Source: Candidatus Enterousia sp. (GTDB lineage: Bacteria > Pseudomonadota > Alphaproteobacteria > Rs-D84). From it: a stretch of 64,000 nt of DNA. Location: contig JAZQGC010000038.1 in assembly GCA_045539815.1 (NCBI GenBank), positions 925 through 64,924 of the forward strand, written 5' to 3'. The notes below the pieces were generated by a model. The model was not told the DNA's origin, did not search any database, and was given only the letters and a program-made list of their open reading frames with translations. Numbering within the stretch: position 1 is the stretch's first letter; each line of letters begins with the position of its first letter. Positions 9,395 to 19,800 of the stretch are shown piece by piece. The translations under genes were made by a program, and so were the position numbers.

Positions 9395-11320
9395 ATGGAA
9401 ATATCACAATTTTTAGTAGTTGGTGGCGCAGTAGTTAGTGGATTATTATTTGTTACGCTGGGGGTATTATTTTTTATATCCAGAAAATCACAAAAAACAA
9501 TGCAGGCACTGTTAACAATAATGACTCAGCCACAACGCGCCAAGGTTAATGACGCTGTTCGTGTGTTGGAAAGTATCCTGGGCGATGAAATCAAAAAAAT
9601 AGAACACAGTTTCCAAACAATGCAAAATACATTGGATGCACAGATAAGGTCTGCAAATGAATTAAATACAATCCTGACTGCGCAAAATGAACAACTGATT
9701 GGCAGTGCCGATAATGCCACAAAACAGATTGAAGTTATGTATAAAAAATTAACTGATACAGTCAACAGTATTGAAGATATAACAACATCAGAATCATGGA
9801 ACAATACAAAAACAACAACTGAAAATTTTCAATCTTGTGTCAACGAGTTACTGGAACAAATTAAACAAACTTCTGAAGATACAACACAACATGCAGCCGG
9901 ACTGCAAACACAGATAGATTCATGGATAGAAAGTGGAAAAACATTGGCCGAAAATCTGCAAGAAGAATTTAAGTCTAATGCAGATCAGATGAAAAATATT
10001 TCTGCCGAATCAGATTCACTGCAAAATAAATTAAAGGAATTAACCACCGCAACCGCAGATGGATTTAACAATGTTAAAACATCGGCCGCAAATTATGAAG
10101 AAATCATGATACGAAACGACAGATTGTTGGATGGACACCTGGATAAAATGGAAGCGTTCAGCAAACAATCAAAAAAACAATTAACCAGCCAAATGAACAC
10201 ACTGACCAATACGGCAAATGTTGTCGCAGGTCAGGTACGACTGGTAGAAACTTCAATAGACAAACAAACAAATAAATTAACCAATGTCGTGGAAACACTG
10301 ATGAATACAGCAGCATCAACCGAAGGTGCAGTTCGCGGTATATCAACAGAATTGGCCGGGCTGACGAACAGATTCGACGGCGAAATCAAAGAATTCGCAA
10401 CCGGCGTCGTATCCGAATTAAAAACTGTATCAGGTGTCGCAAACGCAACATTAGAGAACACAAAAACAGCCGCCAGCGCGTTTTCTGAATCCGTAAAAGC
10501 AATGGCAACCGGTGTGCGCGAGACATTGATAGAAATGAATACAGCGCACACACAACTGTCAGGACAATCTGAAAACCTGATAAAAATGTCCAGCGATACA
10601 ACCGCACAATTACAGCCATTGTCAGTATTGATTGAAAAATATTATTCTGCCCTGCCCGATTTGTCGCGCGGCAGTATAGAGGCAAGCGAAACACTGGAAA
10701 AAATTGTAAGCAGCCTGAACGAAAAATTGAATTTAATGAAGGAAACAGTTGCACAATCAACCAGTGCAGTATCTGAGTCCGCAACAAAACTGGAAGATTT
10801 GGCGGGCGCTTCGCGACAACAGATGATTGATTTGATGTCAGATTATGCCAAGGCCGTAAATACAATGCAGACATTAAACAAGCAAATGATGGTGGCGCGC
10901 GCATCTGCGCCAATGGATGCAATCAAGACGGCACCAACCCAGACATTTGGATATATCAGTTCTAGTGATTTTTTGGCAAACAGTGAACAAATGCTGAAAA
11001 ATCTGCATGAACAGTCTTTGGATTTAACGCGCGTCGCAGGCGCAGAAATCCCGGATATAGTATGGAAAAAATATCACGCCGGCGATAAAACAATCTTTTC
11101 AAAATGGTTGGCCAAAATGTTGGGGGCGGCAGATAAAAAAAGAATTCGCGATATGATAAAATCCGATACTGTATTCCGTCGTCAGGCAACACAATTTGTA
11201 CACGGGTTTGATAAAATTTTGGCAAATGCACAACAAACAGACAATCCAGACAATGTGTCCGCCAGCCTGATAAAAACTGATCTGGGACATATATATATTG
11301 CGCTAAAAAGCTATGTATAA
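9395..11320 (+). CDS. membrane-anchored coiled-coil protein
   Basis: ATG at 9395 preceded by GGGAGAAAAGG. One N-terminal TM segment (VVGGAVVSGLLFVTLGVLFFI), then about 500 aa of Q/E/K/T-rich heptad-like sequence. The ORF track starts 18 nt earlier at TTG. Confidence 0.7.
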   Translation: MEISQFLVVGGAVVSGLLFVTLGVLFFISRKSQKTMQALLTIMTQPQRAKVNDAVRVLESILGDEIKKIEHSFQTMQNTLDAQIRSANELNTILTAQNEQLIGSADNATKQIEVMYKKLTDTVNSIEDITTSESWNNTKTTTENFQSCVNELLEQIKQTSEDTTQHAAGLQTQIDSWIESGKTLAENLQEEFKSNADQMKNISAESDSLQNKLKELTTATADGFNNVKTSAANYEEIMIRNDRLLDGHLDKMEAFSKQSKKQLTSQMNTLTNTANVVAGQVRLVETSIDKQTNKLTNVVETLMNTAASTEGAVRGISTELAGLTNRFDGEIKEFATGVVSELKTVSGVANATLENTKTAASAFSESVKAMATGVRETLIEMNTAHTQLSGQSENLIKMSSDTTAQLQPLSVLIEKYYSALPDLSRGSIEASETLEKIVSSLNEKLNLMKETVAQSTSAVSESATKLEDLAGASRQQMIDLMSDYAKAVNTMQTLNKQMMVARASAPMDAIKTAPTQTFGYISSSDFLANSEQMLKNLHEQSLDLTRVAGAEIPDIVWKKYHAGDKTIFSKWLAKMLGAADKKRIRDMIKSDTVFRRQATQFVHGFDKILANAQQTDNPDNVSASLIKTDLGHIYIALKSYV

Positions 11321-11324
11321 AAAT

Positions 11325-11348
11325 AATCCCCATATCTGGGGATTTTTA
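11325..11348. terminator. rho-independent terminator hairpin between convergent genes
   Basis: AATCCCC-ATATCT-GGGGATT followed by a T-run. Confidence 0.6.
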
Positions 11349-12113
11349 TTTTTGTTTTTTATCAAACAGCCTGTCAACAACAGTCTGAACAAAATTACGT
11401 TGTTTGAAGTACAACGACATTTCATATGATGGACGCTCGAACGGTTGCTGGCAATATTCTTCGCCTTCCAGTTCATAAATATATCCGTATTTTATTATAT
11501 ATGCCTGTTGCGCATTAACATCTGTTTTATTTGGACACTGGATATATAAATAATGAGAAAATTCATGCGCAAACATTTGAATAAAATTTTCTATGTCACA
11601 ATTTTCTGTACAAACACGTTGTTGAAAAACAATCGTATGTTTTGAATCATAATAAGCCTTGACCGCGGGATTATCATTTGCAATAAAAAATAAACTTGTC
11701 GCATTGCCATGGTCTTGATTGTATAAATTCGCCATTTGACTAAACAATATCTGACCAAATAATTGCTTAGTAGACAATTGCAGATTGCAAAAATGCTGAA
11801 CACAATCTAATAAGAAGGGATTTTTTATTACCGTATTAACCGTATTTTCAAACAAACAATTCGCGTAACGAGAAAACTTTGTATAGTTAAATGGTGTCAG
11901 TGCATGTATTTGCTTTAACACATCCACTAAATTATCGTGCAGGCGTGTTAACTCGGCCTCGGTTGCGCCAAAATCTGTTTCAGACGCAAACGATACAACG
12001 TCTTTAATTTGTGCGCTTATTTGCTGACATTCGCGTTTAAGCGGCACAAAGAGTTTTGCCAAACCGATATCGTATTTGGAATACAAACCATAATTTTTAT
12101 ATGTCTTAGCCAT
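11346..12113 (-). CDS. hypothetical protein with HExxH motif (possible zinc metallopeptidase)
   Basis: 255-aa ORF containing FAHEFSHYLY. No other recognisable domain. Confidence 0.5.
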   Translation of the reverse strand: MAKTYKNYGLYSKYDIGLAKLFVPLKRECQQISAQIKDVVSFASETDFGATEAELTRLHDNLVDVLKQIHALTPFNYTKFSRYANCLFENTVNTVIKNPFLLDCVQHFCNLQLSTKQLFGQILFSQMANLYNQDHGNATSLFFIANDNPAVKAYYDSKHTIVFQQRVCTENCDIENFIQMFAHEFSHYLYIQCPNKTDVNAQQAYIIKYGYIYELEGEEYCQQPFERPSYEMSLYFKQRNFVQTVVDRLFDKKQK

Positions 12114-12159
12114 AGTGCATGGCAGATTAGCACGTTTTTTACAATAAACAAGCGATATT

Positions 12160-12190
12160 TAAATAAAAACACCCATTTTTGGGTGTTTTA
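12160..12190 (-). terminator. terminator downstream of the csp gene
   Basis: AACACCC-loop-GGGTGTT hairpin with a T-run on the minus strand. Confidence 0.55.
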
Positions 12191-12195
12191 GATGT

Positions 12196-12537
12196 TTATT
12201 TTTTCCAAAATGCAAATCCGCGGCGACTGGCCTTGTCATCACGCTGTTTGCGTTCTTCGATTGCGCGTCTGCGTTCGGCGCGTCGTTCCTGGAATCTGCG
12301 GGCAGATTCTTCGTCACGCTGAATAACATTTATTGTTGTTGCAGACAGTTTACCGTTACGAACTTCTTCTTCAAATTCAACGATATCGTTTTCGTTTAAA
12401 AAGCGAATACCTGCTGCCTTTAATGAACTGGAATGAACAAATACATCATCTGTGTTTCCGTCTGCATTTGGCGCGTCTGGGCAAATAAACCCAAAACATT
12501 TTTTGCCGTTATACCATCTTACTTTTCCTTGACGCAT
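12196..12537 (-). CDS. cold-shock domain protein with Arg/Glu-rich C-terminal tail
   Basis: GKVRWYNGKKCFGFI and DVFVHSS (RNP1/RNP2-like CSD motifs), followed by a basic extension of about 40 aa. Confidence 0.9.
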   Translation of the reverse strand: MRQGKVRWYNGKKCFGFICPDAPNADGNTDDVFVHSSSLKAAGIRFLNENDIVEFEEEVRNGKLSATTINVIQRDEESARRFQERRAERRRAIEERKQRDDKASRRGFAFWKK

Positions 12538-12630
12538 AATCGTAATCCTTTGTTATGCTTGTTATGGTTCTGCAAAACATTTTCTAGAACCTGTTATAAT
12601 TTTTACATTTTTACATACTGAAAGCAAGCG

Positions 12631-12665
12631 GAATAAAAATCCCCGTATGTGGGGATTTATTTTTT
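12631..12665 (-). terminator. terminator hairpin after the 467-aa ORF
   Basis: AAATCCCC-GTATGT-GGGGATTT with flanking A/T runs. Confidence 0.5.
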
Positions 12666-14060
12666 ATAATAACGCTGAACTTCGGTCATAACAAAATTAA
12701 ACAAGCGTCCTGCCAATGTGTTTGTTGGCATTTCCCAATCGCTTTGCATATAAGGCATCGCAGATACCAACACAAAACGCGCCATAAAATGGAAAATTGT
12801 GCTTTCTTGGTGCTTGGACAATTTAGCAGGTGAATTTTCGACACGAAAAACCTCATTTTCTATTGCGTCGTCTAATTTTTCAATTATATTGTCCAAAATT
12901 TTTGGCGGATAATATAATGTGCACTCTTTTGGAAAGCCTTCGAACATGGAAACATTATTGTTTCTGGAATACAAAATATTCCAGCCGACGCGTTCAAACA
13001 AATCTTCCAGACATTGACATATCTTGCGATTATAATCTTTGACGCCCTGTTCATAATAATTTGCCAATTGCGCTTCGATATTCTTGGTTTTGTTATTCTT
13101 TTTCTTGCGGGCGTTTTCATACGCAATATGCGTACGATTTTCGTATTCAAAGAAGGTACGAACCTGGCATATAATTTCCATCGGTATCACTTTGTCTGGG
13201 TCAGAACTGATATTCAAAATAACCTTGGCATCGCGATAATTACGCGGATTTTGCATGCTATAAAACTTATCACGAACAGATATTATTCTGTCTGGCATAA
13301 TTTCATACAAGCGCTCAATAAACAGACGCGCCTGGGGAATCAAGTCAAACAAACATTTTACACGCCAGACATCCTGCAATCTGAAACGCGGCGGCAACAC
13401 CTTGTCAATTTCACGGACCATATCAACCGCTATTTTTTCATGACGACTGCCAATTATAGACAAAACTGTTTCTGATGCGGCACTGATATATTTTTCTGTG
13501 AAAATATCCTGAATTTTTTCAGCAATTGCGTTGGCGGATGCTTCGCGATTATGATGAATTAAAACACGACGAGCAGCGTTTGCAACATCATTGACGTAAT
13601 CTGTGTAATATTTTCCGGTTATCTTGTCCAATGCACGTTCAATTTTTTTCTGTGCGGCAACAATAACAGTAACAATAGATGATACAGACAAATCAATCTT
13701 GTGCCCAGCAGAGCTGGTAAAAAACTGATTACGCATTGGGTCGGCGTCCAAACGATGATTTACCAAATATGGCGACAACGGATTAATATCAGCAATACGA
13801 ATTGGTTCATCAATTGCGGCATCTTTTTCATAGTCGTATTTCATAACGGCCGCTTTGGGGGCACCAAAACATTTACCCAAAATGTGAAACAATTCACGAA
13901 ACCAAACCGTACTGTCCGAATACAAAGTACGCAAGTATTCAGCAGCATCTTCGTTAATCCGCCCTTCTTCAACTGCTTTATTAATGGCGGCTAAATTCTT
14001 TCTGTCGTTTGTATCACATAAATCTTGTGTACATGTATCGCTGCATATTTCTTCTGTCAT
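12657..14060 (-). CDS. hypothetical protein, possible divergent RelA/SpoT-type nucleotidyltransferase fold
   Basis: 467-aa ORF. The segment QDVWRVKCLFDL ... ISVRDKFYSMQNPRNYRDAKVILNIS ... IPMEIICQVRTFFEYENRTHIAYEN has the same order and spacing as the DIAGxRI / GYRSxH / EIQIRT motifs of alarmone synthetases. The match was made by eye only. Confidence 0.55.
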   Translation of the reverse strand: MTEEICSDTCTQDLCDTNDRKNLAAINKAVEEGRINEDAAEYLRTLYSDSTVWFRELFHILGKCFGAPKAAVMKYDYEKDAAIDEPIRIADINPLSPYLVNHRLDADPMRNQFFTSSAGHKIDLSVSSIVTVIVAAQKKIERALDKITGKYYTDYVNDVANAARRVLIHHNREASANAIAEKIQDIFTEKYISAASETVLSIIGSRHEKIAVDMVREIDKVLPPRFRLQDVWRVKCLFDLIPQARLFIERLYEIMPDRIISVRDKFYSMQNPRNYRDAKVILNISSDPDKVIPMEIICQVRTFFEYENRTHIAYENARKKKNNKTKNIEAQLANYYEQGVKDYNRKICQCLEDLFERVGWNILYSRNNNVSMFEGFPKECTLYYPPKILDNIIEKLDDAIENEVFRVENSPAKLSKHQESTIFHFMARFVLVSAMPYMQSDWEMPTNTLAGRLFNFVMTEVQRYYKK

Positions 14061-14085
14061 AATATATATTTTGCCTGTCTGTTTT

Positions 14086-15552
14086 TTATTTCATCATTGG
14101 GAATAACACGATGTCGCGTGCGGTTGGCTGATTAAAGATAATGCATGCCAATCGGTCCACACCCATACCAACACCAGAAATCGGTGGAAAACCATGTTCC
14201 ATCGCACGAACAAAGTCGTTATCTGGATTGAACGCTTCTTCGTCGCCGTTTGCAATATTTTTAGATTGTTCTTCAAACGCTGCAATCTGTTGAATTGGAT
14301 TGACCAGTTCTGAATACCCCTTGCAAATTTCTGCGCCACATACCAATATTTGATACATATCGATTCTGCGTTCGTCCGCATCGTTACGACGCGCCAACGG
14401 CATCATGTACGCAGGATAATTATACAAAATTGTCGGATTTACAATATCGTTACGTATCTTGCGCTTGTACACATAATCAACCAATGTCGGTATAGATTTT
14501 AAATCTTCCAATTCCGACATCGGGAACATCCCTGCATCAACCAGATTTTGACGCAGAACATCAACATCATCAAATTCCAGAATATCACAACCAAAGAATT
14601 CGTTCATTTTTGCGGTATAATCAACCATATCATATTTGCTGAAATCCAGTTGTGCGCCCTGGTATTCGATCTGCAAGGTACCACGACATTTCATCAACAA
14701 GTCCTGAATCAATGCCCAGGTAAACTTGATATTATCGTTAAAATCCCAGTACGCAGCATACCATTCAACCATTGAAAATTCTTGCAGGTGTGTGGCATCC
14801 ATCCCTTCGTTACGGAAATCCTTGGCCACTTCGTAGATACGATCAAACCCCGCACCAATCGCCTGTTTCAAGAACAATTCTGGGGAAATACGCAACTGGA
14901 AATCCGTATCCAAGGCATTGTGATGTGTTGTAAACGGACGCGCCGCGGCGCCAGACGCAATGTTCTGTAATACGGGCGTTTCAATTTCCAAGAAACCATG
15001 TTTGTTCATAAAATCACGCCAGTATTGCGTCATCTTAAAGCGCCCCAACAACGCATTGCGCGCATCAGGATTAGATATGATATCCAAATATCTTTGACGA
15101 TAACGCGTTTCCATATCTGTCAAGCCATGATATTTTTCTGGTAATGGACGCAGTGCCTTGGATAAAATCTCGTACCCGGACACGCGAACAGTTAATTCAC
15201 CAGCAGTCGTGTGATACAAACTGCCTGTGATTCCAATAAAATCACCCAAATCAACATTGGCTTTCATAAATTTATAATTTTCTTCGCCCAATTCTTCGCG
15301 CGACATTGAAAACTGAATTTCGCCATTTATGTCATAAATACGCCCAAACATCAATTTACCCAGCCAACGCAATGCCGTTACGCGACCCGCCAGCTTAACA
15401 GGTGTATCATCTGGCAATTGGCGTGCAGCCTCTATTGTATGTGTACGATCAAATCTGGCCTTCCATACGACGCCATCGCGTGCCTTGATATTTTCAGCCT
15501 TTTGCAGACGAGCGGTCAGTTCGTTTGTTGACATTGGTGTGTTTTCTGACAT
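14086..15552 (-). CDS. lysS: lysyl-tRNA synthetase, class II
   Basis: OB-fold N-terminus plus class II motifs (FRNEGMDATHLQEFSMVEWY; GFPPISGVGMGVDRLACIIF). Start set at the internal ATG 15552 (MSENTP...). The ORF track extends to 15621. Confidence 0.93.
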   Translation of the reverse strand: MSENTPMSTNELTARLQKAENIKARDGVVWKARFDRTHTIEAARQLPDDTPVKLAGRVTALRWLGKLMFGRIYDINGEIQFSMSREELGEENYKFMKANVDLGDFIGITGSLYHTTAGELTVRVSGYEILSKALRPLPEKYHGLTDMETRYRQRYLDIISNPDARNALLGRFKMTQYWRDFMNKHGFLEIETPVLQNIASGAAARPFTTHHNALDTDFQLRISPELFLKQAIGAGFDRIYEVAKDFRNEGMDATHLQEFSMVEWYAAYWDFNDNIKFTWALIQDLLMKCRGTLQIEYQGAQLDFSKYDMVDYTAKMNEFFGCDILEFDDVDVLRQNLVDAGMFPMSELEDLKSIPTLVDYVYKRKIRNDIVNPTILYNYPAYMMPLARRNDADERRIDMYQILVCGAEICKGYSELVNPIQQIAAFEEQSKNIANGDEEAFNPDNDFVRAMEHGFPPISGVGMGVDRLACIIFNQPTARDIVLFPMMK

Positions 15553-15721
15553 TTTATTTTCCCTTGATTTAAAAAAACGGACGCCCAAAAGTGCGCCCGC
15601 AGTTAATTCTGTTGGTCGCACTTTTTAATTAAAACGTTTCATATTTTGTTTCATTATATTTGCGTCGTTTTGTTTTGTTGGCGTAATTATACGACAGTTT
15701 TGCAAAAAAGTAAAGTATATT

Positions 15722-16327
15722 TTACAAGGTTTTATGTTGTTCGCGCAATAATCTGGCGATATGCGCATTCAGTCGCGAATTATATCTGTCTTTGACCGGT
15801 TGCAAGATATAATCGATATCAATACCGGCATTAAAAAAATCAATCGGATTACATGTGTTTGCCTGACGCACGGATGTGTCATGCGGCATATTTGTACGTT
15901 GTGCAACAATATCCGCATTGTTTGTATCTGGCAAGAAATAAGCAACCTTGAAATTATAAAATCTGGCCAAATCTTGTTTCTTAAACCACTGTATCATCTG
16001 TTGTGTATATTTTGGCTCTATGACATCATATATTAAATTTTTGCCCAGATTTTGTAATATTTCTGATTCAGGAACGCCATACAACCATTTAGGCGTGTTT
16101 GGTGTCCAGAAATCTTCATTAACCCACAAACGCGTGGCCAAAGGCGTGTTGTCAAAATAAGCCTCGTCACGAAAGAAATATGGATTGCCTTCGGATTCGC
16201 CCGTGCGCATGGGACGCGTGGTCGCGGAACGCAAATTATAAAACAACCCTGTTGGCAATACATTTTGCACAAAATGACTTTTGCCACTGCCCGAAACGCC
16301 ATTACAAAACAACAGTGTATTTTTCAT
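15722..16327 (-). CDS. guanylate-kinase-like P-loop NMP kinase
   Basis: GVSGSGKSH Walker A and SATTRPMRTGESEGNPYFF (GMK-type TTRxxRxGExxGxxYxF). The C-terminal half is divergent from canonical Gmk. Confidence 0.65.
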   Translation of the reverse strand: MKNTLLFCNGVSGSGKSHFVQNVLPTGLFYNLRSATTRPMRTGESEGNPYFFRDEAYFDNTPLATRLWVNEDFWTPNTPKWLYGVPESEILQNLGKNLIYDVIEPKYTQQMIQWFKKQDLARFYNFKVAYFLPDTNNADIVAQRTNMPHDTSVRQANTCNPIDFFNAGIDIDYILQPVKDRYNSRLNAHIARLLREQHKTL

Positions 16328-16384
16328 ATCTTTTTCCTTTTTCTATTCAGAAAAAAGCCCCGTTAAAATACAGGGCAATTATCA

Positions 16385-18472
16385 TCAGTCTTCCAAAAAG
16401 CTGCGCAGTTTGCGGGCGCGCGTTGGATGTTTAAGTTTCATCAATGCTTTTTGTTCAATCTGTCGGATACGTTCACGCGTAACCCCAATATTTTCACCAA
16501 CCTCTTCCAAGGTACATGTTCTGTTATTGCTCATCCCAAAACGCTGGCGCAAGACAGTTTCTTCCTTGGGGTCTAATTCAGACAAAATTTGTGTTACAAT
16601 TTTACGCAAATTTTGCTGTGCGGCAGATGTAAATGGATTTTTTGCCGTTTCGTCTGCGATGATTTCCAATCTGGAACTGTCATCTTCGGTACCCACAGGC
16701 GCTTCCAATGAAATTGGTTTTAAATTAACCTTCATTGCCTTGTGAATCTTGTCGACCGGCAGATATATTATTTTGGATAATTCTTCTGCGGTTGGCTGAC
16801 GTCCATATTTATGCATAAATTGACGTGTTGCACGTTGGATTTTATGAATATTATCAATCATATGTACAGGAATTCTGATTGTTCGCGCCTGATCTGCAAT
16901 ACTGCGCGAAATTCCCTGTTGAATCCAGTTTGTTGCATATGTGGAAAACTTATTCCCCAGGCGATAATCAAACTTGTCTACGGCCTTCATTAATCCGATA
17001 TTTCCATCCTGGACCAAGTCTGAAAAATCCAAGCCCAAACCACGGTTGCTGGATTTTTTTGCAAATTTTATAACCAAACGCAAATTTGCTTCTATCATTT
17101 CGCGTTTTGCGCGTGCAGCCTCGGTCTGGCCACGACGGACCAATTCAACGACCTTTTTATATTCTGCGGTTGGCTGTCCTGTTTCGTTGGCGATTGCAGT
17201 AATGTCGTCCTGGATTTTCAAGATATCTTCGCCATGTTTCTTGGCAAAGTTCGCCCAAACCGGATTTTTATGTTTTGCCAATTTCTTGACCCAGTTGCGA
17301 TTTAATTCATTACCAGTATATTCCGCCAAGAAATCTTCGCGTTTTACCTTGTTTGCCAATGCCAGACGTAACAATTTCCCTTCCAGTCCCATTAATAACT
17401 GGTCGCGTTTAGTTAACTGTTCCAAAATTTCTGCAACACGATCGTCATTCAGGCGAATTTTGCTGACATATTCGAACAATTCCAAACGCATTTTTGTGTA
17501 TTTCTTTTCCAATGTCATGTCTGGTGTATTGGATGTCAATAAATTTTCCAAGCGTTTGGCCTGTAATTTTTGCATATTGTTAAAGACGCGTTTAATTTTT
17601 GCAAACAAATCCAGCATCATTGGCATCAGTGCTTCTTCCATAACAGGAATTGGAACACCAGATGTACCACGCGGCGCGTCTTCTTTCTTTACACCATCTT
17701 CGTCTTCATCTAAATCTTCGTCTTCTTCGTCAGAATCAACCGCAGAATCAGTTAATTCGTCCAAATCTGCGTCATCCAGTTCATCAACATGATCAACCCC
17801 CTTGGATTTCAGGGTTTCTGACAAAGCCGCCAATGATTTTTGTTCGGCGTCGCTGGAATACATAACTTCCAGATTTACAATGTATCGCAAACGAATATCT
17901 TCGTTAAGCAATTGCTGATACCAATCCAACATTGCTTGGATTGTCATTGGACTTTCACACAATCCATAAACCATTAAACGAGATGCAGCCTCAATCCGTT
18001 GTGCGATTGCAACTTCGCCTGCGGCAGTCAACAACTGAACAGTACCGATTTGTTTCAAATAAGATTGAACCGAATCCTGGACCCCCAAAACCAACGAACC
18101 AGTTTGACTGCGTTCCAATTGTTTTGCATAATGTTCATAATCTTCATCATTAACATCAACCTGTTCCGCGTCCGCATTCAGCAAATTACGCGTTTTATCG
18201 CGTGGCATATCGTCATCATCAACATCATAATAACGCCCCATATCGCGTGGATAATTGTCTGTTTCCAGAATTTCAAGTCCCAAGTCCTGTTGAAAGAAAT
18301 CCAAAACTTCGTCTTGTTCTTCATCAGGAACCTCATCCGCTTCTATTGCAGCAGTAAAATCCATGCGTGCGATATAACCGACATCTATTGACCCTTGGGC
18401 CAGTTTTTGCAGATTTTCCGGCAATGAATCAATTAACAATCTTGTCGCTTCGTCCAGTTTTTTAGCCATCAA
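16385..18472 (-). CDS. rpoD: RNA polymerase sigma factor RpoD
   Basis: 695-aa ORF. Acidic region 1, region 2 ([30 protein letters not shown]), region 4 ([20 protein letters not shown]). Confidence 0.97.
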   Translation of the reverse strand: MMAKKLDEATRLLIDSLPENLQKLAQGSIDVGYIARMDFTAAIEADEVPDEEQDEVLDFFQQDLGLEILETDNYPRDMGRYYDVDDDDMPRDKTRNLLNADAEQVDVNDEDYEHYAKQLERSQTGSLVLGVQDSVQSYLKQIGTVQLLTAAGEVAIAQRIEAASRLMVYGLCESPMTIQAMLDWYQQLLNEDIRLRYIVNLEVMYSSDAEQKSLAALSETLKSKGVDHVDELDDADLDELTDSAVDSDEEDEDLDEDEDGVKKEDAPRGTSGVPIPVMEEALMPMMLDLFAKIKRVFNNMQKLQAKRLENLLTSNTPDMTLEKKYTKMRLELFEYVSKIRLNDDRVAEILEQLTKRDQLLMGLEGKLLRLALANKVKREDFLAEYTGNELNRNWVKKLAKHKNPVWANFAKKHGEDILKIQDDITAIANETGQPTAEYKKVVELVRRGQTEAARAKREMIEANLRLVIKFAKKSSNRGLGLDFSDLVQDGNIGLMKAVDKFDYRLGNKFSTYATNWIQQGISRSIADQARTIRIPVHMIDNIHKIQRATRQFMHKYGRQPTAEELSKIIYLPVDKIHKAMKVNLKPISLEAPVGTEDDSSRLEIIADETAKNPFTSAAQQNLRKIVTQILSELDPKEETVLRQRFGMSNNRTCTLEEVGENIGVTRERIRQIEQKALMKLKHPTRARKLRSFLED

Positions 18473-18503
18473 CCAAACCTTTCCGTGTTTTTTGATTTAT
18501 GTA

Positions 18504-19049
18504 TTATTTTTTCTTTTTTGCGTTTTCTGCCATTTTTTGCGCCTTGGCAACAGCGTCATGAATAGCAGATTCTGACACCAAACCTAAAACAATCGGACTT
18601 TGTATTTGGATTACAGAATAAGATTTATGTGTTTTATTCCGAACAGACGCAACCGTTGGGTTTGTACTGCGCATCAAACGCGCGATTTGGCCATCGGATA
18701 ATTCTGGATAGTTTTTAACAATCCACAAAATACCCCCCAAACGATTTTGACGATGTAATTTAGGCGTATAACCAACACCTTTTTTATTTTGTTTTTGTTG
18801 TGCCTTGACAATTTCTTCGCGTAATGTCAGACGCAAAGAAGCATCTGCTTCACATTTTTCAATATCTTCACGTGTTAATTGACCGCTTAATACCGGGTTT
18901 AATGGCTGTATTTTATATGTTTCTGCATCGGCAATATTTTTAACCTCTAATTCATGCAGACCGCAAAAATCAGCAATTTGTTCAAATGTTAATGCTGTGT
19001 TTTCAATCAGCCACAGCGCAGTAGATTTAGGCATATATGGATAGTTCAT
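18504..19049 (-). CDS. DUF1013-domain protein (TrcR-like cell-cycle regulator family)
   Basis: MPKSTALWLIENTALTFEQIADFCGLHELEV is characteristic of alphaproteobacterial DUF1013. The internal start is preferred; the ORF track extends to 19106. Confidence 0.8.
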   Translation of the reverse strand: MNYPYMPKSTALWLIENTALTFEQIADFCGLHELEVKNIADAETYKIQPLNPVLSGQLTREDIEKCEADASLRLTLREEIVKAQQKQNKKGVGYTPKLHRQNRLGGILWIVKNYPELSDGQIARLMRSTNPTVASVRNKTHKSYSVIQIQSPIVLGLVSESAIHDAVAKAQKMAENAKKKK

Positions 19050-19130
19050 GGAATTTCCCTTTGTAATTACAGGGGGCAATATACACCAATATCGCCCAAA
19101 ATTCAAGCCATTTTTATAGCTTTTTTGATA

Positions 19131-19742
19131 TTATTTTCTTCGCCCTTGGTTAAGAAAATAGTCTTTCAATTGTTTTGCAAATGTATTGATAATTTGCCTT
19201 AATTCCGGTTCTTCGTTGAATATTTTTGTTTTTTTATCGACAGATTGTTTTTCTGTTGCACGAAATGTCGATAATTGTTTTTTTGATTTTCTTAACAAAA
19301 AACCTGTTTCATCACGCATATTTATTGTACGCGAACGCATCCAACGGATAAAATCATGCAAACGATTTTCCGGCAAATATAATTGTTCCTTTTTGTTTAT
19401 GGGAATAAAACGAAATGCACCATATTGTGATAATAACTCATCGGCGTTACTGATATTTAAACATGAATTTAATTCTGCGACTGAAAACAATCTGTTATCA
19501 GCACTCAACGAACGCACATGCGCGGATAATGGCAGCGTTGGAACATGACTTTCATATAACGGAAAATCATAAAACATTGCAAACTCAATCAGGTAATCCA
19601 TTGCCTCTTGCTTGCCTGCTACTGGCTTGGAATAAAACTTATCAAACACAGAAACATAGTCCTGTAATGACAAATATTTATACCCAAATGCCTTGTTCAA
19701 AAAAAACATTTTTAAGCGCACATCTGGTGACACTATAAACAC
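19131..19742 (-). CDS. hypothetical protein
   Basis: 203-aa ORF, co-directional with flanking genes, no recognisable motif. Confidence 0.45.
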   Translation of the reverse strand: MFIVSPDVRLKMFFLNKAFGYKYLSLQDYVSVFDKFYSKPVAGKQEAMDYLIEFAMFYDFPLYESHVPTLPLSAHVRSLSADNRLFSVAELNSCLNISNADELLSQYGAFRFIPINKKEQLYLPENRLHDFIRWMRSRTINMRDETGFLLRKSKKQLSTFRATEKQSVDKKTKIFNEEPELRQIINTFAKQLKDYFLNQGRRK

Positions 19743-19800
19743 CTTTGTTTATTTTATCTAAACAAACAGATAGCACAAAATATAAACATTGTCAATAAAA

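Noticed and set aside
14086-15621. Longer N-terminal extensions given by the ORF track for lysS (15621), the DUF1013 gene (19106), amiC (31347), the rubrerythrin gene (36845), tsaB (40863), rimI (41344), the carboxypeptidase gene (60528) and others.
   Set aside because: The extensions add non-conserved residues, often overlap the neighbouring gene or a tRNA, and internal ATGs coincide with the conserved N-termini or signal peptides.
16974-17792. 272-aa ORF antisense to rpoD, with a long Ser-rich tail.
   Set aside because: It is the mirror image of the acidic (Asp/Glu-rich) spacer region of sigma-70. The rpoD frame is unambiguous, so this is a typical shadow ORF.
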